From the NCBI GenBank assembly GCA_021156105.1, contig JAJNBD010000010.1:84870-148869 (forward strand): DNA of 64,000 bases, written 5' to 3'. A model generated the notes under the pieces. The model ran no database searches. It was not told the DNA's origin and was given only the letters and a program-made list of their open reading frames with translations. Positions 1 to 9,854 of the stretch are shown piece after piece (position 1 is the first letter of the stretch; every line of letters begins with the position of its first letter). The DNA comes from Gammaproteobacteria bacterium. Its GTDB lineage: Bacteria; Pseudomonadota; Gammaproteobacteria; CAISUE01. Both the position numbers and the translations under genes were made by a program.

Positions 1-860
1 CCTTCCGCCGGCTCAATAACTACTAATGCTTGGCTTGCCTCATCTATCATTGGCTTCCAGCTTTCTAGCGTCTGACCTACCCTACTTTTATAATCCAACT
101 GTAAGCTACCAGTTCCTATATAAGACCCCCCAATGCTTATTATATTGCGTGTATATTTTACTGCCTGCACTGTGATACTATCCGGGCATAAAGCTGGATG
201 TTGCTGAAAGAAACTTGTTGACTCGCGCAAAAGCTCCTCATTATCATCAATAAACTCAACTAAAATAGTTTGCCCACGAAACTTATCAGCTAAACGCTGG
301 TTAAAAAAATAATTTAGTAGTAACTTATTCCCGTCACTCACCGTGGCAAAAGCAAAAGCTTCTCTTTCTGTGGCTTGGTCTCTGTTCCAAATAAGCATCC
401 CGCTCATAGATGCTTGTGTTTCCATATATACTGTACCTCCTACTTGGCCTTGATACTCCAGATCACCTAAAAGCGTTTTGTCTAACATTACTACCGGAGG
501 CCGAGAGCCATATTGCATAGCAAGGCGGCCTTGAATCTCTTGATATAAACGTTCATAAGCAGATAAGCAAGAGCCATTACCTTTTTCTCCACCATTATAG
601 ATGTCAATAAATTTTGTTTGGCGATTAGTGCCAATTTGGATAATAACGGTTTCACAATCAGGATGACTCCGAATAGAGTTTAAAATATGATCCACAAGAA
701 CTGGGTTTTGCTCAACTACCGGATGCTGTTCTGGCCGCAGACATGCAGCATATAGAGTATCCCTTTTCACATCTACTCTAGGAACAATCTCACTAGACGA
801 CAAGCAACCATCATAATCAATTCGAAACACTAAAACTTTTGCCATAACGTTTGATCTCAT
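1..860 (-). CDS. Hypothetical protein, 5'-complete but 3'-truncated by the window edge. N-terminus MRSNVMAKVLVFRIDYDGCL.
   Basis: I translated the minus strand by hand from ATG at 860 (alternative ATG at 845). The frame stays open with no stop through position 3. This ORF is absent from the supplied track because it runs off the window edge. Seen in sequence. Confidence 0.5.
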   Translation of the reverse strand, partial: MRSNVMAKVLVFRIDYDGCLSSSEIVPRVDVKRDTLYAACLRPEQHPVVEQNPVLVDHILNSIRSHPDCETVIIQIGTNRQTKFIDIYNGGEKGNGSCLSAYERLYQEIQGRLAMQYGSRPPVVMLDKTLLGDLEYQGQVGGTVYMETQASMSGMLIWNRDQATEREAFAFATVSDGNKLLLNYFFNQRLADKFRGQTILVEFIDDNEELLRESTSFFQQHPALCPDSITVQAVKYTRNIISIGGSYIGTGSLQLDYKSRVGQTLESWKPMIDEASQALVVIEPAE

Positions 861-1167
861 TAAATAAATTTTTAAATTACAAAACATTCTGTGGGTTATA
901 AAATTTATGGTAGGGCAAAGCGCTATGCAGGCTACTCTTGCCACTGCTTTCATACTCCAAAGACGAAAAAACATCCTAGCATTTAAAACCTTAAGGCTAA
1001 CTTAAGGAAACAAAAAGCCCCCGCTAAAGAACTGCAACTGTAAATCAGCAATAGACGTTCTTAGCCATTCTTTATACTTTCGTGCTAATAACAAAATCTT
1101 TCAACAATCACGCCACATAAAGCGCCTTGTGCTAAAATAGCATAGAAAACATTCACAAAATAATACC

Positions 1168-2988
1168 ATGGCACCTCCTCTTTCCCCATTAAGCAAAGAA
1201 GAAAAAATAAAAATTCTTACGCAATTAACAACCACCTCCAATGATGAAGCATTATCGCAAGCGCTTTCTAAAGCTGCCTGTGAGAACTTACGTTTTCCTA
1301 AGGATATGGAAGCTCAGCTTTCTTCTTTAAAAGATGCTTACTGTCAGCATCATAAAAATCCATTGGCGGCAGCTGGCATTAAACAAGCTATCGATGCCGT
1401 CATTAAAGAAACTATCCTCCCCCTGTTTAAAACCCAATGTGAAAAGCAAGAAATGCCTGATGAATGGCCAGGAGAGCTACTTGTTTCTTTATCCAAGGCT
1501 TTAAATCTCACCATGAAGCCGCCAAAGTTGGTGCAAGTTGCAATTAATGAAGGAAAAATTTACTGGCGCGTGCGAAAAGGCGAAAAAGTTCTTTATGATC
1601 GTCAAAAAACAAAAGGGCTTCCAAGCTTTGATTTCACAGATGAAAATAGCCTTGAGATGACATGGGAGCAGTTCCGCCAATTTAAAGATACGGGAAAGCG
1701 CCGCGGTACAGTCAAAATTACCCTTGAGCGTTTTACTAATTTTTTTGATGTCGCTAAACAAGACCAAGCAATGGCCGTTTGGCATGAGCTAAAAACGAAA
1801 GGCATTATTGACACCAAAGACCGCTTATCTGATGTCTGGCGGTTTTTATCCGATGCAACCGTTACCTTAGATGCTTTAACGGATCCGCAACTTGTCATGA
1901 CCAAACCCACATTGAAAAATATTTTACAAAAGCTAAGAGGAACCAGTAGTAAACCAAAACCAATGACGCAACAAGCATTTTTACAAGAATGCTTAGCACA
2001 ATTCCCGCACATATCTATCACCCGCCATCAGGCGATCTGGAACACTTTAACTAAAGCGCCTACAAAGAAGCCTAATGAATACAAAGTCTCTTTAGTCTTT
2101 AAGGAAGAAGATGTCTTAAGCCCGGTTCACCTTAGCTATGAAGATATTGCAAAAGCTATCTTTGAAATTACCCATAATAAAGAAACCACAGAAAATATTG
2201 ACGAAATTAAAGCAGCAATCTTTCGCCCTGAACACAGTGTAAAAGCTTGGTCAAGCACAGGCACGGTTAAAAACGATTTAAGCAAAAGTAATTGCACTCA
2301 ACTTTGGGAAGTTTCCGTTTATGGTGATCTTTCTCATCATCGCAATAGTGAGCAAGAGCAAGTGCTCTATGGACATATTTTAAACTACGATCATATACCC
2401 TCAGCCTGTCTCTTAACTGACTTCACTGCTAAACAACTTGAACCTCTAAAGGCCGAAATTAAAGCGCTCAAAGCAGCTTTAAAAGCCCAAGAAGAAAAAA
2501 TTAAAAGCTACGAAACCCAGAAAAGAGTCACGCGGTCTCATCTAGAGACGCTTGAGAAAGAAATGCAGACGCTTTCCAATGCGATTGCCGCAAAAAATAT
2601 TGAGCTGCAAGAGGCAAAAGCAAGATATGGTGACGACAAAACCTGGTTTACCCTCGCAATCCCTGAAAAACTGCATCGACAGGGCGAAACTTTTTTAAAA
2701 GCTTTATCAGCACAAAAGACTGAAGTAAAACCTTTTACTAGCGAGTTAGAGGCTTACCTTGGGATTCTTGCTAAAAGACCAGAGGATTTTGGCTTTGAAG
2801 ATCAAAAATGTCTATTTCTTTTTCTTGCTGCGTTGCGCCATCTTTACCGCTGCCAAGTAAAAACCCCCGTAGATTCTTTTCGCATTGGTCATGCGCCTCA
2901 AGCATTTTTTCAACACCATAAGCTGTCTGAAAAACTTGATCAAATTTTTGTAGGAGAAGCAAAGAAAATTTTACCAAAGATTAGCTAA
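1168..2988 (+). CDS. Hypothetical 606-aa coiled-coil protein, effector-like ORFan
   Basis: Long ORF. The C-terminal third is heptad-rich (LKAEIKALKAALKAQEEKIKSYETQK...). No recognisable enzymatic motif. A hairpin terminator follows it. Confidence 0.6.
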   Translation: MAPPLSPLSKEEKIKILTQLTTTSNDEALSQALSKAACENLRFPKDMEAQLSSLKDAYCQHHKNPLAAAGIKQAIDAVIKETILPLFKTQCEKQEMPDEWPGELLVSLSKALNLTMKPPKLVQVAINEGKIYWRVRKGEKVLYDRQKTKGLPSFDFTDENSLEMTWEQFRQFKDTGKRRGTVKITLERFTNFFDVAKQDQAMAVWHELKTKGIIDTKDRLSDVWRFLSDATVTLDALTDPQLVMTKPTLKNILQKLRGTSSKPKPMTQQAFLQECLAQFPHISITRHQAIWNTLTKAPTKKPNEYKVSLVFKEEDVLSPVHLSYEDIAKAIFEITHNKETTENIDEIKAAIFRPEHSVKAWSSTGTVKNDLSKSNCTQLWEVSVYGDLSHHRNSEQEQVLYGHILNYDHIPSACLLTDFTAKQLEPLKAEIKALKAALKAQEEKIKSYETQKRVTRSHLETLEKEMQTLSNAIAAKNIELQEAKARYGDDKTWFTLAIPEKLHRQGETFLKALSAQKTEVKPFTSELEAYLGILAKRPEDFGFEDQKCLFLFLAALRHLYRCQVKTPVDSFRIGHAPQAFFQHHKLSEKLDQIFVGEAKKILPKIS

Positions 2989-2989
2989 A

Positions 2990-3025
2990 AAAAATCCCCG
3001 CTGCTGCGGGGATTGTTCTCATTTT
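2990..3025. terminator. Bidirectional rho-independent terminator between the convergent 606-aa gene and tex
   Basis: atccccgc-tgct-gcggggat hairpin preceded by an A-run and followed by ttgttctcatttt. Seen in sequence. Confidence 0.6.
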
Positions 3026-3033
3026 CTAACCCA

Positions 3034-5322
3034 TTATCTTTTTTTCAAAGCGTCCATCAAAGCATCACCAAAGCCTGAAGAAACTGAGGGTGGCACTTTA
3101 AAATTATTCATTGCTTTTTTGGTAATTGGCTTATTCTCGGGTTGTGGCGCTTTAGCTTTATTCGCCGCCTCTTCACTACGCATCGTTAAGCTAATACGTT
3201 TTCTAGGAAGATCAACTTCTAACACGCGGACTTTGACAATTTTACCAACATGCACGACTTCACGCGGATCTTTCACATAACGATCTGCTAATGCAGATTT
3301 ATGCACTAAGCCGTCTTGATGGACACCAATATCAACAAACGCACCAAACTCTGTGACGTTAGTCACAACACCTTCTAATACCATGCCTACTTTTAAGTCC
3401 GACAATTCATGTACATCTTCTTGGAATACGGCCGTCTTAAACTCTGGCCTTGGATCACGACCTGGCTTTTCTAATTCTTTCAAAATATCCGTAACCGTCG
3501 GCAAACCAAATTTTTCATCTGTAAATTCTTTGGGGCTGAGTTTACGCAATACTTCGCCATTACCAATCAGCGTCGTAATTTCACTCTCAAGTTTTTTAAG
3601 AATTTTTTCTACGACAGGATAAGCTTCAGGATGCACAGCAGAAGCATCTAAAGCTTGTGTACCATTCACAATGCGTAAAAACCCCGCAGCTTGCTCAAAA
3701 GTTTTTTCACCAAAACGTGGCACCGCTTTTAATGTTTGGCGATCAGAAAATGCCCCATGCTGATTTCGGTACATGACAATATTTTCTGCAATGCTACTAT
3801 TTAAACCAGACACATGTGATAACAAAGCAGCAGAGGCGGTATTCACATCCACACCTACAGCATTCACACAATCTTCAACAATATTATCAAGCGTTCTTGC
3901 CAACTGCACTTGGTTCACATCATGCTGATATTGCCCAACGCCAATGGCTTTTGGCTCGATCTTCACTAATTCAGCCAAAGGATCCTGCAAACGGCGCGCG
4001 ATAGAAACCGCACCACGATAGGATACATCCAATTCAGGAAATTCTTTTGCAGCTAATTCAGACGCAGAATAAACCGAAGCACCTGCTTCAGACACAACGA
4101 TTTTAGTTAATTTTAATTCTGGATGTTTTTGAATCAGTTCTATCGCAAGTTTATCCGTTTCACGCGAAGCAGTACCATTGCCAATACTAATTAATTGTAC
4201 TTTGTGTTCTTGACATAACTTTGCTAATTGATGGATAGATTTATCCCAATCATTCCGTGGCTCGTGAGGAAAGATCGCGGTATAAGCGACTAATTTTCCT
4301 GTCGCATCAACAACAGCGACTTTAACCCCCGTACGAAAACCTGGATCTAATCCCATGGTAACTTTACTACCTGCAGGGGATGCCATTAATAAATCTTTTA
4401 AGTTAATTGAAAATACTTTAATGGCCTCTAATTCTGCTTGTTGGCGCAATTGCACCATCAACTCGACTTCAAGCTTTAACCATAATTTAATTTTCCAAGT
4501 CCAGCTCACGACTTCTTGTAGCCAGTTATCTGCCGCACGTTGTTTATTGTGCACACCAAAGCGTTCAGCAATTTGGCGTAAACATTCAGCTTCATGTTCT
4601 GGCGCATCAAAGCTTAAAGATACTCGCAAAATTTCCTCTCGTTGACCACGAAATAATGCTAGCGCGCGGTGCGAAGGAATCTTTTTTAACAATTCAGAAA
4701 ATGCAAAATAATCTTTAAATTTTGCACCTTCTTGTTCTTTACCAGTATGAACTTGGCTGGTAATTTGTGCATTTTGCCAAACATATTCGCGCAATTTACC
4801 ATTAAGCTCAGCATCTTCAGCAAATTTTTCCATAAGGATTTGTTTTGCACCATCTAATGCTGCCGCCACATCGTTGATATTATGTTCAGCGTTTAAATAT
4901 TTTTCTGCTTCTTGATTAGGGTTTAAATCGGGATTTTCTAGAAGGCTTACCGCTAAAGGTTCAAGTCCGGCTTCTTTAGCAATTTGGGCTTTAGTACGGC
5001 GTTTAGGTTTATAAGGCAAGTATAAATCTTCTAAACGAGCTTTGTTATCGGCGGCTAAAATTTGTTGTTCTAATTCTGGCGTCAACTTCTCTTGTTCTGC
5101 AATACTTTTCAAAATGACGTCACGGCGTTCGTTCAGATCTCGTAGATAAATCAGACGCTCTTCAAGATTACGTAACTGCGTGTCATCTAAGCCACCGGTT
5201 ACTTCTTTACGATAACGGGCAATAAAAGGAACGGTTGCACCTTCATCAAGCAATTGAATGGCGGCAGCAACTTGTTTGGTTTGTACAGCGAGTTCTTGAG
5301 CAATTGTTTGAACAATATCCAT
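3034..5322 (-). CDS. tex: Transcription accessory protein Tex (S1 and YqgF/HhH domains)
   Basis: 762 aa. Characteristic Tex N-terminus [41 protein letters not shown]-terminal S1 domain ([29 protein letters not shown]). Confidence 0.93.
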   Translation of the reverse strand: MDIVQTIAQELAVQTKQVAAAIQLLDEGATVPFIARYRKEVTGGLDDTQLRNLEERLIYLRDLNERRDVILKSIAEQEKLTPELEQQILAADNKARLEDLYLPYKPKRRTKAQIAKEAGLEPLAVSLLENPDLNPNQEAEKYLNAEHNINDVAAALDGAKQILMEKFAEDAELNGKLREYVWQNAQITSQVHTGKEQEGAKFKDYFAFSELLKKIPSHRALALFRGQREEILRVSLSFDAPEHEAECLRQIAERFGVHNKQRAADNWLQEVVSWTWKIKLWLKLEVELMVQLRQQAELEAIKVFSINLKDLLMASPAGSKVTMGLDPGFRTGVKVAVVDATGKLVAYTAIFPHEPRNDWDKSIHQLAKLCQEHKVQLISIGNGTASRETDKLAIELIQKHPELKLTKIVVSEAGASVYSASELAAKEFPELDVSYRGAVSIARRLQDPLAELVKIEPKAIGVGQYQHDVNQVQLARTLDNIVEDCVNAVGVDVNTASAALLSHVSGLNSSIAENIVMYRNQHGAFSDRQTLKAVPRFGEKTFEQAAGFLRIVNGTQALDASAVHPEAYPVVEKILKKLESEITTLIGNGEVLRKLSPKEFTDEKFGLPTVTDILKELEKPGRDPRPEFKTAVFQEDVHELSDLKVGMVLEGVVTNVTEFGAFVDIGVHQDGLVHKSALADRYVKDPREVVHVGKIVKVRVLEVDLPRKRISLTMRSEEAANKAKAPQPENKPITKKAMNNFKVPPSVSSGFGDALMDALKKR

Positions 5323-5465
5323 GGGAGTAAACGTCTATGAAGTAGAAAACCTGCTATTTTACCAGACAAAAAGCAACTATCAGAGCCTAGACAGAGAAGA
5401 AAATTTATGAGCAAGAAGATAACACCGAGCTAGCTAGTAGCACATAGCGATATTACGGTACATTC

Positions 5466-5497
5466 CAGAGTGGTCAAGCACATACCCACTCTGGGAA
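5466..5497. terminator. Stem-loop between tex start and the 145-aa gene; likely terminator of the 145-aa gene
   Basis: ccagagtgg-(11 nt)-ccactctgg inverted repeat. No clear T-run, hence low confidence. Confidence 0.3.
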
Positions 5498-5530
5498 GAC
5501 ATTTAAAAAAACAACCCAATCCATACTGGC

Positions 5531-5968
5531 TTAAATAATTGGATGCGTTGTAATACAAATCATCTTATGCTTACGGAAGATAGGGTCAAACGCATACTCG
5601 GTTTTGAAATGAAATTCTTGTACATAGGAAAAGTTACCATTCATTGGACCACAATCCATACTGCTCATATCGGTATTGCCATCCAAACTTTTTACAATAC
5701 GCGCAGAAACATGAATATTATGGTGCCAAAACCAGGTTGTACTCATAAATGGCGCAGGAGATAAAGGATCTAACTGACCAATAAAGTGTGCGGGTGGCGC
5801 TTTAGCATCTCCGCCTTGGATTGCGCCTTCATCAGTGACCGTAAATTCAACTTGATTTGGCGTGGTATTTTGAAAAAATAAGTGGCGTTCTTTGACAAAC
5901 GGGGATTCTGCTAAAGCTGAACCAGAAAGTACAATTAGAGCGAATGCAAACAATGATTTTTTTAACAT
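5531..5968 (-). CDS. Secreted hypothetical protein (145 aa) with an N-terminal signal peptide
   Basis: MLKKSLFAFALIVLSGSALA signal peptide followed by a polar region. No recognised domain. Confidence 0.55.
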   Translation of the reverse strand: MLKKSLFAFALIVLSGSALAESPFVKERHLFFQNTTPNQVEFTVTDEGAIQGGDAKAPPAHFIGQLDPLSPAPFMSTTWFWHHNIHVSARIVKSLDGNTDMSSMDCGPMNGNFSYVQEFHFKTEYAFDPIFRKHKMICITTHPII

Positions 5969-6069
5969 ATTATTATCCTTTTTTAATTATAGCTTTATAT
6001 TATACCCCACAAATTTAACCATTATCAAAATTCAGCCGCAGAGCGCCTTAATTACCCCCACATCATTTT

Positions 6070-6945
6070 CTAAAATCTTTTTACATAATGATGGCAATAA
6101 GGCTGCTTTTCTGTCTTCGCATAATAATCTTGATGATACTCTTCTGCTGACCAAAAAATATTTACTGGTAATAATTCTGTTGCTAATTCATAGCCTTTAT
6201 CCCGTAAAATTTGCATAACCTTTTCGGCAGTCTTTTTTTGCTCGGCATTAAAATAAAAAATACGGCTTAAATACTGTTCACCATAGTCTGGGCCTTGGCC
6301 ATTGGTTTGCGTGGGGTCATGAATTTCAAAAAAATATTTTATGATAGATTCATAGTTAATTTTTGTTGGGTCATAAACAATGCGCACCACTTCAAAATGT
6401 CCCGTTTGTTTTGTACAAATCTCTTCGTAGCTGGGATCTTGCCTATCCCCACCGCTATAGCCAACTTCAGTTTTTAAGACGCCTGGCAATTGCTTAAATA
6501 AATATTCCACACCCCAAAAGCAACCGGCAGCCAAAATAGCTTCTTCTGTATCTTTAACCTCAAGATCGCCAACAAAATCTAAACTTAATGAATTGACACA
6601 ATGCCGGATATTTTTATTTGTGAAATGTTCACCATGAAATACATGGCCTAAATGCGCATCGCAGCGTGAACAAACGATTTCTGTGCGGCATCCATCCTTA
6701 TCGGGCAATTGCTTTATAGCGCCAGAAATTTCTTGATCAAAGCTTGGCCAACCACAACCAGAATGAAATTTATGCTCAGCGCGAAACAACGCCAAACCAC
6801 AGCGGCAACATAAATAGGTGCCTGGCGCATCGAAACTTTCGTATTCACCGGTGAACGGGCGCTCAGTAGATTTATTGCAGATGATATCTCTGGCTATTGG
6901 AGTCAATGATAATATCTTGTCGATCATAGCCTTCTCCAAGTGCAC
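6070..6945 (-). CDS. msrBA: Bifunctional peptide methionine sulfoxide reductase MsrB-MsrA fusion
   Basis: N-terminal MsrB motifs (CxxC...CGWPSF...RTEIVCSRCDAHLGHVFHGE). C-terminal MsrA motif (GCFWGVEYLF, GYSGG). The true start may be the internal Met (MIDKILS) at 6927. Confidence 0.88.
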   Translation of the reverse strand: MHLEKAMIDKILSLTPIARDIICNKSTERPFTGEYESFDAPGTYLCCRCGLALFRAEHKFHSGCGWPSFDQEISGAIKQLPDKDGCRTEIVCSRCDAHLGHVFHGEHFTNKNIRHCVNSLSLDFVGDLEVKDTEEAILAAGCFWGVEYLFKQLPGVLKTEVGYSGGDRQDPSYEEICTKQTGHFEVVRIVYDPTKINYESIIKYFFEIHDPTQTNGQGPDYGEQYLSRIFYFNAEQKKTAEKVMQILRDKGYELATELLPVNIFWSAEEYHQDYYAKTEKQPYCHHYVKRF

Positions 6946-7416
6946 TTATTTTTTCCTAACGTACAATGTCTTCACAACAGAAGCAACAATATCGCCCTGC
7001 TCATCGATTAAATCCACGCTGCGGTCAAAAATATATTTTTCTTGCTGAGCAGCTTTGTCGCGAACATCTTGCAATTCTTGCTCAGTAAATTGAAAGTTTG
7101 CTCGCAATATACCCCGACCAACTTTTTTAAAATCAATGCTAGCGGCCTTATCCCAAACAATATAATCTTTACCTAAATTTTTAATCAACATCAGCATATA
7201 AAATGGGTCCGTCATCGCAAGCATCGTGCCACCAAAATGTGTACCCACATAATTAGCATTGTACCAACGTAATTTAGCTGTTACTTGGATTTGACGAAAA
7301 TCAGGGGAAATTTTTTCCACTTTAATTCCTGTTCCTAAAAATGGCGGCCAAATATTTAAAATATATCTTAGTATCTGCGGTGGCCGACTATCCAACCATT
7401 GACGAAATGCACTCAT
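6946..7416 (-). CDS. Hotdog-fold / DUF4442-like thioesterase-family protein (156 aa)
   Basis: Size and sequence character resemble YiiD C-terminal-like hotdog proteins. Tightly packed between the MATE and msrBA genes. The family call comes from memory and is uncertain. Confidence 0.4.
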   Translation of the reverse strand: MSAFRQWLDSRPPQILRYILNIWPPFLGTGIKVEKISPDFRQIQVTAKLRWYNANYVGTHFGGTMLAMTDPFYMLMLIKNLGKDYIVWDKAASIDFKKVGRGILRANFQFTEQELQDVRDKAAQQEKYIFDRSVDLIDEQGDIVASVVKTLYVRKK

Positions 7417-8780
7417 ATTGCCTCTCCCTTTTCAAAACGTAACGCTAGTTTTTGCCAGCGCCATAATATGGCTATCAAGCCAGTTAACATACCGATACCC
7501 ATACCAACAGAAATACCCGCAATTCCCCAATGCAGTTTAAAAGCCAGTAAGTATGCACAGGGAATGCTTATTGCCCACAACACAAAAACCCCAACCCACA
7601 TAGGGAAGCGTGTATCAAATAAGCCTCGCAAAGCACCTGTCATTACATTTCTTAAACCATCAAAAATTTGTGTCACTGCCATAATGGCAAATAAAATGTA
7701 AACCAGATGCAAAGTTTCTTGGTAATGGATATCACTTGCTTCCAAATAAAAACTAGATAACAACTTTGGCAGCGTCCAAAAAACGATGGCGGTGACAAAC
7801 GTAACCACACCTGCCATGAGAAGACTGGCATGACCCAGTTTTTTAATATCAGCATACTCTTCAGCGCCACAAGCCTGACCAATGACAACACCAGAGGCTT
7901 GCGCTAAAGAAAATAAAGGCACCACAATTAAAGAATTATATTGTGTCACAATTTGATAAGCGGCTAATGCGCTTGTCCCCAGCCAGCCTACCATCACAGA
8001 AAGCGTCGAAAAACAAATTAATTCAGCACTAATTTGCAAACTAATTGGCCAACCGATTTGAAACATTTTTTTTAAATAATGCCAATTTTGATGCACTCGG
8101 TAACGAAACAGTTCAAACACTTGATACTGCGGTTTAACAATAAAATTTCCCATCATGAAGAAAAAAGTAAACCAGGATGAGACCACCATCGATAAGGCTG
8201 CCCCTTGCACCCCTAAAGCGGGCATCCCAAATTTGCCAAAAATAAAAAGATAGGCGCATACGATAAGTAAAACAGTACTTATCCTATTGTTCAAAGTCAC
8301 TAAACTTTGCCGCCTGATACCATAGCAAAATTGCTGATTGGTAATAATTAGCAAAACGGCAGGTATCGCAAAAATATAAATATGAAAGTATTGTTGCACC
8401 AGCTGAGCAATCTCAGGTTTTTGCCCTGCAAGAATAAGTATCTTTTTAATTGACAAGGCACAAATGATTAGGGGAATAGAAATGATCACGCCAAGCGTCC
8501 AACCTTGCTGAACAAAATTACCAATCCCCAAATAGTCTTTAGCGCCAAAAGCATGGCCTATTAAAATACTTAAAGAAAATAACAAAGAACTGCCAACAAT
8601 AAGCAGGGTTACTTGTAGAGAAAAAATCAATGCGCTTGCGGCCAATACTTGATGACCTAATTTTGATAACATCATCATCGTTAAAAACATGCCAGCAATG
8701 CTAATAAACTGTATACTAGCCATCGGCCAAGCAAGTGCAAATAATTTTTTTGCTACAAATCGAAAATGATTGGCTTGCAT
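7413..8780 (-). CDS. MATE family multidrug efflux transporter (NorM-like)
   Basis: 455 aa with about 12 TM helices. N-terminus typical of MATE pumps (LAWPMASIQFISIAGMFLTMMMLSKLG). The start may instead be the Met at 8723. Confidence 0.8.
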   Translation of the reverse strand: MQANHFRFVAKKLFALAWPMASIQFISIAGMFLTMMMLSKLGHQVLAASALIFSLQVTLLIVGSSLLFSLSILIGHAFGAKDYLGIGNFVQQGWTLGVIISIPLIICALSIKKILILAGQKPEIAQLVQQYFHIYIFAIPAVLLIITNQQFCYGIRRQSLVTLNNRISTVLLIVCAYLFIFGKFGMPALGVQGAALSMVVSSWFTFFFMMGNFIVKPQYQVFELFRYRVHQNWHYLKKMFQIGWPISLQISAELICFSTLSVMVGWLGTSALAAYQIVTQYNSLIVVPLFSLAQASGVVIGQACGAEEYADIKKLGHASLLMAGVVTFVTAIVFWTLPKLLSSFYLEASDIHYQETLHLVYILFAIMAVTQIFDGLRNVMTGALRGLFDTRFPMWVGVFVLWAISIPCAYLLAFKLHWGIAGISVGMGIGMLTGLIAILWRWQKLALRFEKGEAI

Positions 8781-9202
8781 AGGTTATTTGCCGGTTTCCT
8801 TATGATTAAGTGAGTTTCCTTGTTGGCAACAGAGGGTTTAATCGCTTCTTCAATATAACTTAGAAAAACACGCAGACGAAAATATATTCCTTCTGGCTCG
8901 ACCTGGAAAGCATACGCAGGTATTTCTATTCCTTTTTTTAAGTTACCATATAAATTACCCTCCATACCAAAAAATGTGCCATAATTTCTTAATGGTTTTT
9001 GGTAAAAAGAGAAACTACTTTGCTTTAACCAAGCTCGAAAAGCCTCTACCTGCTCGCGAGTTAAAAGTCCGCTAAGCAAATATTCGCTTACTTCACCTTC
9101 ATTTTTTATAACAAACGTATCAAAATTAATTTTACACTTTTCTTGATCTGCTTTCATTGTTATTTCAATAAAATCAATAGCATCATCATAAAATCTAGGC
9201 AT
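8753..9202 (-). CDS. Hypothetical protein (149 aa), first gene of the apparent operon with the MATE pump
   Basis: ORF with no recognised motif. Overlaps the annotated MATE start by 28 bp. Confidence 0.45.
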   Translation of the reverse strand: MPRFYDDAIDFIEITMKADQEKCKINFDTFVIKNEGEVSEYLLSGLLTREQVEAFRAWLKQSSFSFYQKPLRNYGTFFGMEGNLYGNLKKGIEIPAYAFQVEPEGIYFRLRVFLSYIEEAIKPSVANKETHLIIRKPANNLCKPIIFDL

Positions 9203-9324
9203 AACTTGGCACCCTTTATTTTTTTATTTTTAAATGAAACAGTAAAGTACTAGCAATTATTCTACAGTTAAGACTATAGCAATTAATGGCATAGATAGCT
9301 AGATTTATATGATAACAAAATTAG

Positions 9325-9708
9325 CTATCTATCTTGCAAAAGTTCAATCTTATACCCATCCGGGTCTTCAACAAACGCTAACACGGTTGTACCACCTTTC
9401 ATCGGGCCTGCTTCACGCGTAACTTTGCCACCGGCTGTGCGAATGCGTTCACAAGCCGCATAAACATCATCTACTGCAATTGCAATATGCCCAAAAGCAT
9501 TGCCAAGCTCATATTTTTCTACACCCCAATTATAGGTTAATTCAATCACCGCTTGTTCACTTTCTGAACCATAGCCTACAAATGCTAAAGTAAATTTACC
9601 TTCCGGATAATCTTTACGGCGTAATAGCTGCATGCCTAATATGTCAGTATAAAATTTAATACTGCGTTCTAAATCCCCTACTCGGATCATCGTGTGTAAA
9701 ATACGCAT
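9325..9708 (-). CDS. gloA: Lactoylglutathione lyase (glyoxalase I)
   Basis: [26 protein letters not shown] is the classic GloA N-terminus. I moved the start to ATG 9708, which has an AAGGA Shine-Dalgarno 7 nt upstream. The longer track ORF is a spurious N-terminal extension. Confidence 0.9.
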   Translation of the reverse strand: MRILHTMIRVGDLERSIKFYTDILGMQLLRRKDYPEGKFTLAFVGYGSESEQAVIELTYNWGVEKYELGNAFGHIAIAVDDVYAACERIRTAGGKVTREAGPMKGGTTVLAFVEDPDGYKIELLQDR

Positions 9709-9854
9709 AGTTTTTCCTTCGAAAAAATTTAAATAATTTACAATGTACAACATTTTCTTGTCGAGTACAAAAATGATAAGGAGCATACCTTTCTCAAAAG
9801 ATATTTGCATTTAAGGTATACGGAAGCCGTCAGAATTTATTGAAGGCATAAAAA

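Noticed and set aside
9709..9810. N-terminal 34-codon extension of gloA in the ORF track
   Set aside because: The internal ATG at 9708 has an AAGGA SD and gives the canonical GloA N-terminus. The extension is hydrophobic junk.
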